Shown: positions 46,486 through 57,092, counted from the stretch's first letter. The stretch is DNA of 64,000 nt from Ignavibacteriota bacterium (GCA_003820375.1 RPQH01000011.1:4783-68782); one strand, 5' to 3'. Translations and numbers: made by a program. Notes: generated by a model from the letters alone, not told the origin.

Positions 46486-48615
46486 TTATTTTTCCGAGAA
46501 CGAAACCGATTCAATAAAATCACCAACCTGTATTTCATCAACAACCTGCTGTCCATCAATCATTTTTCCAAATACTGTGTATTTAGTATCAAGGTGCGGC
46601 TGTGATGAATGAGTTATGAAGAACTGGCTTCCTTCTGTATCTTTACCGCTTGATGCCATACCAACAACATAAGGTCCGAAACTGCCTGACTGGTTTATTT
46701 CAGTCCTGATTGAATATCCCGGTCCGCTAAAGCCTGTACCTGTCGGGTCACCGCCCTGTATTACGAAATTTGGTATTACACGATGGAAGATGAGATTATC
46801 GAAATAATGCTTGTCAGCAAGCTTCACAAAACTTTGTGATGTAAATGGGGCATTGGAAATCTCTAATTGTATTTTAATTATACCGCGGTTTGTTTTTATG
46901 TTTGCTACGCTGCGTTTCATTAATGACTCTATAAAAGCCCAGTTAAAATCAGTTCTGTATTTTTTTACTTTTATTTTTTTCTCATAGTTCTTTCCGGTTA
47001 TAATAAACAGAGCATCGGCAGATGTTTTTGCAATATCATAATTTTCGGATGAAAGGTTTTTCTTCAGCAAATCATTTGCTTTGGTAATTTTTAATTCACC
47101 CATCGTCTGTATATACATAAGCATAATATCCAGGTCTTTCGGATATTGGAGGTCATTATAATCGAACAGCAGTATTTGCGAAGTCTCATCTTTATATTTT
47201 GCAAACATGGAATCCTTCAATGCTCCAAGGCATAGGTCAACAATTGCAGGATTTCTTGATGATAAAAATTCCGAGAAAATTAATCTTATATTATTTTTAT
47301 TTTCTTCGTCAACTTTACTGCTTACATTATAAACAAGCTCTACAAATGCTTTATAAAGTTTTGCCATTTCATCACCGGATATCATTTCACCTGATGTAAT
47401 GTTCTTCTGAGCATTGTATCTTTGCACATCTGCACTTATACTGTCACGTACTTCGCGGTAAATTAACCCGTCTGAAATATATGATAACGAACGGATAATA
47501 TCTGCTTTAATATCATAGTTTGTTGTAGTTGAATAATAACTAATCAGTTCATTTTTTGCTTCATCTTTAAATATCCTGGCATATGTTTTTACAGCTTCTG
47601 ATTTTACCTGCCAGTCAACTGCTTTTGCTGGAATGAAATACCACTGCAATCTATCTTTAACCTTATTTTTGATTTCATCTGTCATAGTAAACCCGTCAAG
47701 CAGCCTGCCAATAACATTCAACGCAATTAATGAAATAGAAGTATTTGATTGCTCTGCAGTATTAAATAACAGTTCTAACAGAGAATCTGAAATATTAGCT
47801 TTATTAGTACTGCCGATTGCATTTAAGATATTGACTTTAATTTTCCATTCAGATTCACGGCTAAGTGCTTCAACTAAATATTTAAGCTCATCAGCACCTT
47901 TCAATCTTCCTAGTGCAGTATAAGCCCACATACGTGTTTCAGGATGGTCTTGCTGTGTTAATTTAATTATTTCATTTCTTGCTGCTTCAATCAGGTTCTT
48001 TTCCGGTATCCTGGCAAATGCATAAGATGAACTCCGCATTAATTCCCATTGGTCTGTAGAATTAATAAATTCCTTTAATTTATTTACTGTATTTATATTT
48101 ATAATTTTCCTGTATGCAAATCGTGAAATTGCCATAGCAAGGGCGGCATTAACCTCATCATAAGTTGATTTGTATTCAAGTAACCTGTTCAGGTCTGTTT
48201 CATTGCCCAATATCCCAATTGATAAAATTATTTCAGACAGTACATTTTTATCCTGTTCGTTTTCAAGTGCTTTGAAAAGTGATTCAACACTCCTCCTGCT
48301 GTTTAATTGTCCTAAAACGAATGCTGCCTTCACTCTGAAAACAGGAGTTATTAACCTGTCAGACAATATTCCCGATACTTCAGCAACAGCTGTTGTATCC
48401 TGGATGTTTGCCAGTGCTGTTAATGTACGGTGTAATACCAAATCATTATCTGATTTTAGATATTGCAGAAGTTCCCTGTCTTCACCTAATGAACGTGTAT
48501 CCTGAAGCTCAAGTATTTTTTGGTCATCTCCTGTAAAATTTTGTGCGTTCGTTAGAGATGGTATTAAAAAAATACAGAAAAATATTATTGAGAAAAAATA
48601 TCTGTTAATTTTCAT
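46486..48615 (-). CDS. secreted HEAT-repeat protein fused to a cyclophilin-type peptidyl-prolyl isomerase
   Basis: 709 aa. The C-terminus FHRVIPNFVIQGGDPTGTG..SQFFIT is the cyclophilin signature. The N-terminal ~520 aa look like helical repeats. Signal peptide present. Confidence 0.85.
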   Translation of the reverse strand: MKINRYFFSIIFFCIFLIPSLTNAQNFTGDDQKILELQDTRSLGEDRELLQYLKSDNDLVLHRTLTALANIQDTTAVAEVSGILSDRLITPVFRVKAAFVLGQLNSRRSVESLFKALENEQDKNVLSEIILSIGILGNETDLNRLLEYKSTYDEVNAALAMAISRFAYRKIININTVNKLKEFINSTDQWELMRSSSYAFARIPEKNLIEAARNEIIKLTQQDHPETRMWAYTALGRLKGADELKYLVEALSRESEWKIKVNILNAIGSTNKANISDSLLELLFNTAEQSNTSISLIALNVIGRLLDGFTMTDEIKNKVKDRLQWYFIPAKAVDWQVKSEAVKTYARIFKDEAKNELISYYSTTTNYDIKADIIRSLSYISDGLIYREVRDSISADVQRYNAQKNITSGEMISGDEMAKLYKAFVELVYNVSSKVDEENKNNIRLIFSEFLSSRNPAIVDLCLGALKDSMFAKYKDETSQILLFDYNDLQYPKDLDIMLMYIQTMGELKITKANDLLKKNLSSENYDIAKTSADALFIITGKNYEKKIKVKKYRTDFNWAFIESLMKRSVANIKTNRGIIKIQLEISNAPFTSQSFVKLADKHYFDNLIFHRVIPNFVIQGGDPTGTGFSGPGYSIRTEINQSGSFGPYVVGMASSGKDTEGSQFFITHSSQPHLDTKYTVFGKMIDGQQVVDEIQVGDFIESVSFSEK

Positions 48616-49934
48616 TTCTTATTTGTTGTTGTTTGTTTCTTCTTTGTGTCTTTGGTATCTGTTGTTTTCTTCTGAACCGGCTTTTTGTTCTTATCAGCAG
48701 GCTTTACATCCTTCTTTTTCTTTGCGTCCTCTTCCTGTCTCTCCTTCAGTAATTTTTCTTTTTTCTGTCTATCCGATTCTTTAGTTAAGAACTGGGAGAA
48801 ATTGTAAAACTTAAATCCCTGCTTCTTTAATGTAAGTACCTCGCTGTAAAAATTTTTAAAAGCATCGTAATCCATAAAGAGAACTGTAATTACTTTTCCT
48901 GAATTGCTTGCCTTTGCTTTAAGTGTATTAATAACCGATTGTACTTTACTGCTGTTTATTTCCACGTCCGGAAACTTGAAGAATAAAGTATCGGGTATTG
49001 TTTTTACATCAAATTTCGCAAATTCCTCTGCCAGCTTATTGTATATTTTATCTTTCTGGATATTAGGGTCAGTTGTTGAAAGTAACACATATTTAACGGA
49101 AGGGAAGTCAACATTGAAGCTTTTTACCCTTTGCTTAATTTCCTTATCCTCCATGTCAAGTGAGAAATCGGTTTCAACAGCTTCCTTTTCACCGACACTG
49201 AGGTTTATGATGAGATCTTTTTTATCATGTATCAGCTTATTCTGCAGCTCAATATCCTCCAGGTTTCTTGGAAGTATAAAACTGAATTCGGATGTTGAAT
49301 TTATTATTTCTTCCAGCTGCTCAGTTTTTAATTCGCTGAGATTACTTAAAACAATAACCAGCGTACCGCTTTCGCGGGTAATTTTATCGGTATGATTAAC
49401 CGATATTCTTGCCAGCGGCTGTCCTGCAGCTGAAACGGAATCTTTGAAAACCGTTATATCAATGTCGGTCGTTCTGATATCTTCGTTTACAATTGAATAT
49501 AAACCGGAGCTTTTTATTAAATTTGTAAGGTCAAGATTTACTTCCGCTGATGTCAGGTCTTTAGGTATTAACACACTCTTCGCAAACCATTCGGCATTTA
49601 TTGATGTTTTCTTCTGCTGGTCGGTCTTCGTTTTGACCTGTTTTGTACCTGCCAAAGTTGTAGTTATCCAATCTTTTTTTATACCAAAGCTCATCAAAAC
49701 ACTATCAATATTTTTATCGAGTAATTGAGATGAATTTTGCAGCTCTGTTGAAATAACTTTGGAAGTATCACCTTTATTCTCAGAATTATTCTGTTTATCT
49801 GTGCGTAATGAATTGCCCGGGTTATGCCAAAAAATAAAATATAAAATAACTACAGCAGCAATAACAAGTATCGAGGCCAGTATTACCTTGAACCGGAATG
49901 ATTTTAAAAAACTATTCCTTTTTGTATTAATCAA
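48612..49934 (-). CDS. membrane-anchored hypothetical protein with a Lys-rich C-terminal tail
   Basis: 440 aa. An N-terminal TM helix and a C-terminal KKEKLLKERQEEDAKKKKDVKPADKNKKPVQKK tail. ATGA overlap with the downstream HEAT-PPIase gene. Confidence 0.6.
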   Translation of the reverse strand: MINTKRNSFLKSFRFKVILASILVIAAVVILYFIFWHNPGNSLRTDKQNNSENKGDTSKVISTELQNSSQLLDKNIDSVLMSFGIKKDWITTTLAGTKQVKTKTDQQKKTSINAEWFAKSVLIPKDLTSAEVNLDLTNLIKSSGLYSIVNEDIRTTDIDITVFKDSVSAAGQPLARISVNHTDKITRESGTLVIVLSNLSELKTEQLEEIINSTSEFSFILPRNLEDIELQNKLIHDKKDLIINLSVGEKEAVETDFSLDMEDKEIKQRVKSFNVDFPSVKYVLLSTTDPNIQKDKIYNKLAEEFAKFDVKTIPDTLFFKFPDVEINSSKVQSVINTLKAKASNSGKVITVLFMDYDAFKNFYSEVLTLKKQGFKFYNFSQFLTKESDRQKKEKLLKERQEEDAKKKKDVKPADKNKKPVQKKTTDTKDTKKKQTTTNKK

Positions 49935-50023
49935 TAACTTATGTGATTTGAATTGTCCAAAAATATTTATATTTTAAGTATAATACTATATATTTAATAA
50001 TAAATCATAAGGAGGTTTATACA

Positions 50024-50728
50024 ATGCAACCATATCCTGTAACAGGAAATACAACAGCTGCAAGTGAATACCAGGCATCATTTATACTTAAAGTATATAA
50101 CTGGATGACAATGGGGCTTGCAATAACTGCTTTGATTTCACTGGGAATTGAAGTGGGTCTTCCGGGCTTAAAAATGATTATGGTAAGTAATCCAATGATA
50201 TTCTTTGTATTATTAGGTCTTGAGCTTGTTATAGTGTGGGTGCTATCGGCTGTTATTAATAAAATTCCTGCTTTTGTTGCTGTATTGATTTTCATGGCTT
50301 ATGCCGCATTAAACGGCGTAACATTATCCATAATTTTTATGGTATATACATCCGCATCAATTGCTACAACATTTTTTGTTACAGCAGCTATGTTTGCATG
50401 CACAAGTATTTTTGGATTCATAACAAAAATTGACCTGTCACGGTTTGGAGGAATTTTAATGATGGCATTAATAGGTCTTATTATTGCATCCATTGCAAAC
50501 ATTTTTGTAGCATCAAGTGGTTTGGAATGGATAATTTCTTACGCAGGTGTAATTATTTTTGTCGGTTTAACCGCATATGATACTCAGAAAATAAAAAATA
50601 TGAGTACCGGAATTGACAGCTCATCAGAAGAAGGCGGCAGGGCTTCGATTATGGGTGCTTTAGCTTTATATCTCGATTTTATTAACCTTTTCCTTTTCTT
50701 GCTGCGCATTCTGGGAAGAAGAAGATAA
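50024..50728 (+). CDS. BAX-inhibitor-1/YccA family membrane protein
   Basis: 234 aa and hydrophobic throughout (several predicted TM segments), with N-terminus ..FILKVYNWMTMGL and a basic C-terminal tail, as is typical of the family. Confidence 0.8.
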   Translation: MQPYPVTGNTTAASEYQASFILKVYNWMTMGLAITALISLGIEVGLPGLKMIMVSNPMIFFVLLGLELVIVWVLSAVINKIPAFVAVLIFMAYAALNGVTLSIIFMVYTSASIATTFFVTAAMFACTSIFGFITKIDLSRFGGILMMALIGLIIASIANIFVASSGLEWIISYAGVIIFVGLTAYDTQKIKNMSTGIDSSSEEGGRASIMGALALYLDFINLFLFLLRILGRRR

Positions 50729-50769
50729 TAAACCGGTAATAAACTTATAATAAACAGAAATTTTTTTCA

Positions 50770-50815
50770 CCCTTCTTGTGTTTTACGTATTTAACAAACA
50801 TAAGAAGGGTTTTTT
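50770..50815 (+). terminator. large-loop hairpin plus T6
   Basis: CCCTTCTT (50770-50777) / AAGAAGGG (50802-50809) followed by T6. Related GAAGGG-T-run modules precede the next two paralogs. Confidence 0.55.
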
Positions 50816-50862
50816 ATATTCTATTCGATTTTTAAAGATTTTTATTAATTTAATAAATATAC

Positions 50863-52233
50863 ATGAAAAAAATATTAGTTCTTTTACTGTTTATTTTATT
50901 TTCTCCTGAATTATTTTCTCAATACGTTGTTGAACCTACTGTAACGGGATTGAACAGTCCTGTAGCATTTGCTTTTTTACCTAACGGCAATGTAATAATG
51001 ACACATAAAGCAGGTCCTGTGCGGATATATAATCTTAATAACACAATTGTGTCAACATTCTGGAATTTTACCGATTCATGCCAGAGCGGCTTTGAAAGAG
51101 GAACTCTCGGAATCTGTCTTGACCCGAACTTTTCAACAAATCATTACGTATATGTTTATTATGTTCACCTCAACCCGCAGAGCTTAAGAGTAGTAAGATT
51201 TACTGAAAATAACAATCTCGGAACAAACCCGTTAATAATTTTCGATTATCCTGTTGGAACAATAGCGGGAAATCACGTGGGTGGAAATATACATTTTGGT
51301 CCGCAGGGAAAATTATACATCACAATTGGAGAGACTGCCGTATCCTCAAATTCACAATTACTTACAAATCCGAAAGGGAAAATAATAAGAATTAATTCCA
51401 ATGGTACTATACCAACCGATAATCCATATTATGATGACGGTAATCCATCATCAAATAATGATGACAGGATATGGTGTTATGGATTAAGAAACAGCTTTGA
51501 TTTCTGTTTTAGCCCAATAAATGATTCTCTTTATGCTACTGAAAACGGAGCTAACACTTACGATGAAGTAAACTTTATCCGCAAAGGCAAAAACTACGGC
51601 TGGCCAAATTGCGAAGGATATTGCAATCCTTACAATCCTGCATTCAAACAACCGATGCATGTTTGGGGCTCTCCTCTTCCTGCAGTAACAGGTATAATGG
51701 TCTATAATAGTACAGTCATGCCTGAGTTTAATGGAAAGCTTCTGGTTGCTGATAATGATAACGGAATGATATATAAGCTTGAACTCGGAAATGCCCCGTT
51801 TTATGATACCGTTACAACACGTACACAGGCATTTGATCTGGATGGTTTAACAGCATTAATGCAGGGTCCCGATAATTATATTTATGCATTAAACGGAGGA
51901 TACACAACAACGGGAAAGCTGTACCGTATCAAACCCTCTACATCCGGAACAGGTAACCAGAATACTCCTGAGGGATATGAATTAAAGCAAAATTATCCGA
52001 ACCCGTTTAATCCCAACACAACCATCTCATATTCAATAGGGAATGCAGCAATTGTTAATTTGAAAATCTATAATGCTATGGGACAGGAGGTTGGCTTTAT
52101 AGTTAATGAATATAAATATGCCGGCACTTACAATATAGAATGGAATGCCGTCAATCACCCAAGCGGGATTTACTTATACAAGCTAACTGCAGGTGATTTC
52201 GTCGCCGAAAGAAAAATGGTCTTAATCAAATAA
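50863..52233 (+). CDS. PQQ-dependent sugar (glucose/sorbosone) dehydrogenase-like beta-propeller with T9SS CTD, paralog 1
   Basis: PVAFAFLPNGNVIMTHKAGPVRIY, ERGTLGICLDPNF, NHVGGNIHFGPQGKLYITIGE, GKIIRINSNGTIPTDNPY, GLRNSFDF and GKNYGWP. CTD LKQNYPNPFNP..GIYLYKL..RKMVLIK. Confidence 0.85.
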   Translation: MKKILVLLLFILFSPELFSQYVVEPTVTGLNSPVAFAFLPNGNVIMTHKAGPVRIYNLNNTIVSTFWNFTDSCQSGFERGTLGICLDPNFSTNHYVYVYYVHLNPQSLRVVRFTENNNLGTNPLIIFDYPVGTIAGNHVGGNIHFGPQGKLYITIGETAVSSNSQLLTNPKGKIIRINSNGTIPTDNPYYDDGNPSSNNDDRIWCYGLRNSFDFCFSPINDSLYATENGANTYDEVNFIRKGKNYGWPNCEGYCNPYNPAFKQPMHVWGSPLPAVTGIMVYNSTVMPEFNGKLLVADNDNGMIYKLELGNAPFYDTVTTRTQAFDLDGLTALMQGPDNYIYALNGGYTTTGKLYRIKPSTSGTGNQNTPEGYELKQNYPNPFNPNTTISYSIGNAAIVNLKIYNAMGQEVGFIVNEYKYAGTYNIEWNAVNHPSGIYLYKLTAGDFVAERKMVLIK

Positions 52234-52269
52234 TTAAGAAATAAAACGTAACTTATAAGAATTTTATTA

Positions 52270-52321
52270 ACCCTTCGAATGTTTTTCTAAAAGTTTGGAG
52301 AAACAGAGAAGGGGTTTTTTT
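52270..52321 (+). terminator. large-loop hairpin plus T7
   Basis: CCCTTC (52271-52276) / GAAGGG (52308-52313) followed by GTTTTTTT. Confidence 0.5.
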
Positions 52322-52372
52322 ATCCCCTGATATGCTAAATGTAAGTTTTTAAAAACTTTTATTTGTAATCTT

Positions 52373-53749
52373 ATGAGAAAATTCTTATTTGTACTGATGT
52401 TTACAATTTTTACGCCCTTTCTTTTTTCCCAATATACAATTGAAACTCCAATAACAGGTTTGGTACGCCCGGTAGCATTTAGCTTTTTGCCGAATGGTAA
52501 CGTGATTATGACACATAAAGCCGGACCTGTAAGAATATACACTTTAGGCGGTGCTGTTGTATCTACTTTCTGGAATTTTACCGATTCCTGCAACAGTGTT
52601 GATGAAAGGGGAACACTGGGTATCTGTATTGATCCGAATTATGCTGTAAACCATTATGTTTATGTATTTTACATTCATCTCAATCCGCAAGGTATCAGGG
52701 TGGTGCGGTTTACCGAAAATAACAATCTTGGGACCAATCCCTTAATAGTGTTTAATTACCCGACCGGAACACTTAATGGAAATCATGTCGGCGGAAATAT
52801 CAGGTTCGGTCCTGATGACAAGCTTTATATTACAATCGGTGAAACAGGCATTTCATCCAATGCCCAGTTACTGACTAATCCGCGGGGTAAAATTTTACGC
52901 ATTAATTCTAACGGTACTATACCAACCGATAATCCATATTATGACGACGGGAATCCTTCAACGAACAATGATGACAGGATATGGGCTTACGGATTAAGGA
53001 ACAGCTTTGATTTCTGTTTCAGCCCGGTAAATGACTCGCTTTATGCATCTGAGAATGGTTCAACAATCTGGGATGAGATTAATTTTATCCGCAAAGGTAA
53101 AAATTACGGCTGGCCGGTTTGCGAAGGATATTGCAATCCTTACAATCCTGCATACAGGCAGCCAATGCACGTAATTGGCGGTTCACCACTGCCCGGTGTA
53201 ACGGGTATTATGATATACAGCAGTACCGTAATGCCCGACTTCAATGGAAAGCTCCTTTTTGGCGATAATAATTATGGGAGATTGTTCAGTTGTACGCTGG
53301 GAAATGCTCCTTTCTACGATACCATAACTGCCCGGACACAGGTTTTCGACCTTGATGGATTAACAACATTAATGCAGGGTCCCGATAATTATATTTATGC
53401 ATTAAACGGCGGTTATACTACGACAGGGAAATTATACCGTATCCGGCCTTCCATAACAGGTATTGGCAATAATCATTCTATTCCCGATGGGTTTGAATTG
53501 AGACAAAATTTTCCAAATCCTTTTAATCCTAAAACAATTATCAATTATCAATTGGCAATGAGCAAAGACGTTAAGCTTGTTGTATATGATGTAATGGGAA
53601 AGGAAATTGCTGTACTTGTAAATCAAAAGCAAAATGCAGGCACACACGAAGTAGAATGGAATGCATCAAATTATCCAAGCGGAGTTTATTTTTACAGTTT
53701 AACCGCTGGCGATTTTACTGCTGAGAAAAAAATGGTACTGCTCAAATAA
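52373..53749 (+). CDS. PQQ-dependent sugar dehydrogenase-like T9SS cargo, paralog 2
   Basis: 458 aa, collinear with paralog 1. CTD LRQNFPNPFNP..GVYFYSL..KKMVLLK. Confidence 0.85.
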   Translation: MRKFLFVLMFTIFTPFLFSQYTIETPITGLVRPVAFSFLPNGNVIMTHKAGPVRIYTLGGAVVSTFWNFTDSCNSVDERGTLGICIDPNYAVNHYVYVFYIHLNPQGIRVVRFTENNNLGTNPLIVFNYPTGTLNGNHVGGNIRFGPDDKLYITIGETGISSNAQLLTNPRGKILRINSNGTIPTDNPYYDDGNPSTNNDDRIWAYGLRNSFDFCFSPVNDSLYASENGSTIWDEINFIRKGKNYGWPVCEGYCNPYNPAYRQPMHVIGGSPLPGVTGIMIYSSTVMPDFNGKLLFGDNNYGRLFSCTLGNAPFYDTITARTQVFDLDGLTTLMQGPDNYIYALNGGYTTTGKLYRIRPSITGIGNNHSIPDGFELRQNFPNPFNPKTIINYQLAMSKDVKLVVYDVMGKEIAVLVNQKQNAGTHEVEWNASNYPSGVYFYSLTAGDFTAEKKMVLLK

Positions 53750-53940
53750 AAAGCAGTAAAAGCAGGTAAAAAGCTTTTTAAAAAGTGAAGTTTTGTATTG
53801 CTCTTATCTTAATATATAAGTGATATAAACGCGTAAGAATTATTTAGATCCTTTAAATGTATCTTAATCAGTGAAACGAGGAGAAGGGTTTGAGTTTTTT
53901 TATTTAATGATAATATTTTTAAAATTTACGATAAATTAAT

Positions 53941-55335
53941 ATGAAAATAGCTTTGTTTTTGTTACTGATTTCTGCTTGTTCTTTCCAGGTATTTCCGCAA
54001 TACACAATTGAAGTACCAATATCGAATTTAGTTCAGCCGGTAGCATTTTCATTTTTACCTAACAACAATGTAATAATCACACATAAACCGGGGCTTGTCA
54101 GAATTTACTCTATGGATGGCAGTATTGTCTCGGATTTCTGGAATTTTACAGATTCATGCAGTAGTGCCGGTGAACATGGAGCACTCGGCATTTGCCTTGA
54201 CCCGAATTATGCTACAAACCATTATATATATATCTACTATATTCACAGTAATCCGATGGGAATTAGAATAGTCAGACTTACTGAGAATAATAATGTTGGT
54301 ACAAACCCTTTCATCATATATAATTATTTACCTGCTCCGCTAACAGGATTTCATGTTGGAGGTAACGTAAAATTCGGTGCCGATGGAAAGCTCTATTTTT
54401 CCACCGGTGAAACAGCAGTATCTCCTAATGCACAATTGCTGACTAATCCGCTTGGAAAAATTTTACGTATTAATTCCAATGGGACGATTCCAACTGATAA
54501 TCCATTCTATGATGATGGTAATCCATCAACAGGTAATGATGACAGGATTTGGGCTTATGGATTAAGAAACAGCTTTGATTTCTGCTTTAGTCCTGTAAAT
54601 GATTCTCTTTATGCAACCGAGAATGGTGCCGCTCTTTATGATGAAGTAAATTTCATACGAAAAGGGAAGAATTACGGATGGCCGGTATGCCAGGGATATT
54701 GCAACCCATATAATCCTTTATATCAGCAGCCGATGCACGTTTGGGGTGTCCCTATACCTGCTTTGACCGGTATTATGGTTTATAGCGGCTCTGTCATGCC
54801 TGAGTTTAACGGTAAGCTTCTTGTTGCAGATAATAATTTCGGAAAAATATATAAATGTGATTTGGGTGATGCTCCAAATTATGATACTATTACCGGGGTC
54901 ACACAGGTTTTCGATCTTGATGGTTTTACTACATTGCTGCAGGGACCGGATGGGTTTATCTACGGACTGAGCGGCGGTTATATCACTGCCGGAGGATTAT
55001 ACAGAATCAAGCCGCAGGCTTTTGGAATTAAAAATAATAAGAATGTTGCTGATGTATTTGAGCTAAAACAAAATTTCCCGAATCCGTTTAATCCGAATAC
55101 TAAAATTAATTATGAATTAAAGGCGGCAAGTGATGTCCGCTTATCCGTATTTGATGTTACTGGGAAAGAGATAGCTGTTCTTATTAATAAAAAACAAAAC
55201 CCCGGCCCGTATGAAGTAATCTGGAATGCGGAAGGATTTTCAAGCGGTGTGTATTTTTACCGTATATCAGCCCGCAGGGACGGTTCTTCGACAGAAGAAT
55301 TTACTGATGAGAAAAAAATGATCTTAATTAAATGA
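53941..55335 (+). CDS. PQQ-dependent sugar dehydrogenase-like T9SS cargo, paralog 3
   Basis: 464 aa, collinear. The CTD has an extra RRDGSSTEE segment before the final strand. Confidence 0.85.
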   Translation: MKIALFLLLISACSFQVFPQYTIEVPISNLVQPVAFSFLPNNNVIITHKPGLVRIYSMDGSIVSDFWNFTDSCSSAGEHGALGICLDPNYATNHYIYIYYIHSNPMGIRIVRLTENNNVGTNPFIIYNYLPAPLTGFHVGGNVKFGADGKLYFSTGETAVSPNAQLLTNPLGKILRINSNGTIPTDNPFYDDGNPSTGNDDRIWAYGLRNSFDFCFSPVNDSLYATENGAALYDEVNFIRKGKNYGWPVCQGYCNPYNPLYQQPMHVWGVPIPALTGIMVYSGSVMPEFNGKLLVADNNFGKIYKCDLGDAPNYDTITGVTQVFDLDGFTTLLQGPDGFIYGLSGGYITAGGLYRIKPQAFGIKNNKNVADVFELKQNFPNPFNPNTKINYELKAASDVRLSVFDVTGKEIAVLINKKQNPGPYEVIWNAEGFSSGVYFYRISARRDGSSTEEFTDEKKMILIK

Positions 55336-55400
55336 GTGTATAAAATATATGGAGTGTCCGGCTATTGCCGGATAACTGCAGCGGGTTAAAGCAATTAAAC

Positions 55401-55435
55401 AAAAAGCGTTCTTCAATAGAACGCTTTTTCGTTTT
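55401..55435 (+). terminator. intrinsic terminator
   Basis: AGCGTTCT (55405-55412) / AGAACGCT (55418-55425) followed by TTTTTCGTTTT. Confidence 0.8.
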
Positions 55436-55454
55436 ATTTGTTATAGTATTTAAG

Positions 55455-56873
55455 ATGAAAACAAATAAAATAATATTTCTGCTTTTGTTTATTCCCGTTA
55501 CGTTTTTTTCCCAGTTTTACACAGCAGATACACTCATTACCAATCTCAGCTATCCGGTTGCTTTTGCATTTCTGCCTGACGGGAATGTAATGATTACACT
55601 AAAAGAAGGACCGGTGAAAATATATACTCTGAATAACACAATTGTTTCGCAGGTCTGGAATTTTACGGATTCATGTGTCTCTGACGGCGAAAGGGGTGTG
55701 CTTGGTATTTGCGCAGACCCGCAATTTACGGTTAACAGGTATATCTATATTTATTATGTTCATGCTATACCGCCTTTACCAACAGAACCGCAATGGCTTA
55801 GAGTTGTCAGGTTAACATTGAATGCTAATAATACAGGAGGAAATCCTTTTATTGTTTTTAATCACCCGGTAGAAGTTATTGGATGCTGTCATGTTGGGGG
55901 TAATGTCCATTTTGGACATGACGGGAAACTGTATCTTACACTTGGTGAAACAAATAACCAGCCCGCAGCACAATCAAAAGTTACACCGCTTGGAAAAATA
56001 TTGAGAATGAATTCGAACGGTACGGCACCAACAGATAATCCTTTCTATGATGACGGCAATCCGAATTCGGGAAATGATGACAGGATTTGGTGCATGGGAT
56101 TAAGAAACAGCTTTGATTTTTGCTTCAGTCCCATTAATGATTCACTGTATGCAACTGAAAATGGATTAATTACTGCTGATGAAGTTAACTATATACGTAA
56201 AGGTAAAAACTACGGCTGGCCAATTTGCGAAGGTTACTGCAATCCTCCTGTAGATTCATTTACTCAGCCAATGCACACCTGGTCACCGACTATTGCTGTT
56301 ACGGGAATAATGGTCTACCAGGGAACGCAGTATCCTGAATTGAACGGGAGATTGTTAGTTGCAGATAATAAAAACGGAAGAATATATAAATGTGAGTTGG
56401 GCAGGGCACCTGCTTATGATACTATAATTTCACGTACACAAATAATTGAGCTGGGACCGCTGACATCTTTAATGCAGGGTACTGATGGATTCATTTATGT
56501 TTTAAACGGCGGTTATGAGCCAAGTGGAAAATTACACAGAATAAGACCATCAAGCATTGGAGTAAACAATAATCAACAAGAGGTACCCGGTGGATTTGTT
56601 CTTTATCAGAATTATCCGAATCCGTTCAATCCAAAAACTATTATCAATTACCAATTGACAATGAGCAATTATGTGATGTTAACAATCTATGATTTAATAG
56701 GAAGAGAAGTTGCTGTGCTCGTTAGCCAAAAACAAAATGAAGGCAATTATAAAGTTGAATGGGATGCATCAAATTATCCAAGCGGAGTTTATTTCTATAA
56801 GCTAACTGTCCGGCAAGCCGGATCTTCGACAGGAAATTTCTCTGCGGAAAAAAAGATGGTCCTGTTGAAATGA
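55455..56873 (+). CDS. PQQ-dependent sugar dehydrogenase-like T9SS cargo, paralog 4
   Basis: I prefer the ATG at 55455 (MKTNKIIFLLLFIPVTFFSQ signal peptide), because the track start at 55365 runs through the terminator. The CTD has an RQAGSSTGN insertion. Confidence 0.85.
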   Translation: MKTNKIIFLLLFIPVTFFSQFYTADTLITNLSYPVAFAFLPDGNVMITLKEGPVKIYTLNNTIVSQVWNFTDSCVSDGERGVLGICADPQFTVNRYIYIYYVHAIPPLPTEPQWLRVVRLTLNANNTGGNPFIVFNHPVEVIGCCHVGGNVHFGHDGKLYLTLGETNNQPAAQSKVTPLGKILRMNSNGTAPTDNPFYDDGNPNSGNDDRIWCMGLRNSFDFCFSPINDSLYATENGLITADEVNYIRKGKNYGWPICEGYCNPPVDSFTQPMHTWSPTIAVTGIMVYQGTQYPELNGRLLVADNKNGRIYKCELGRAPAYDTIISRTQIIELGPLTSLMQGTDGFIYVLNGGYEPSGKLHRIRPSSIGVNNNQQEVPGGFVLYQNYPNPFNPKTIINYQLTMSNYVMLTIYDLIGREVAVLVSQKQNEGNYKVEWDASNYPSGVYFYKLTVRQAGSSTGNFSAEKKMVLLK

Positions 56874-57092
56874 GTGTATGGAGTGTGTAGATTATATGGA
56901 GTGCAGTAACCGTGTTACTGCTAATTAATTTGGAGCGTACCCGTCCTGTTTACAGGAGTAACCGCTTAACCCCCAGTACTTTTGCCGTTATATAATTCAT
57001 TAAATAAAGTACTCCCAATTATATTATTCAATAAATCAACAATTATTACTAATTTACTTTAATTTCATTGTAGATATTAAAGTAAAAAATTA

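Noticed and set aside
52267-52593. 108-aa minus-strand ORF overlapping the start of PQQ-dehydrogenase paralog 2
   Set aside because: It overlaps a terminator hairpin and the well-supported + strand gene. No motif recognised.
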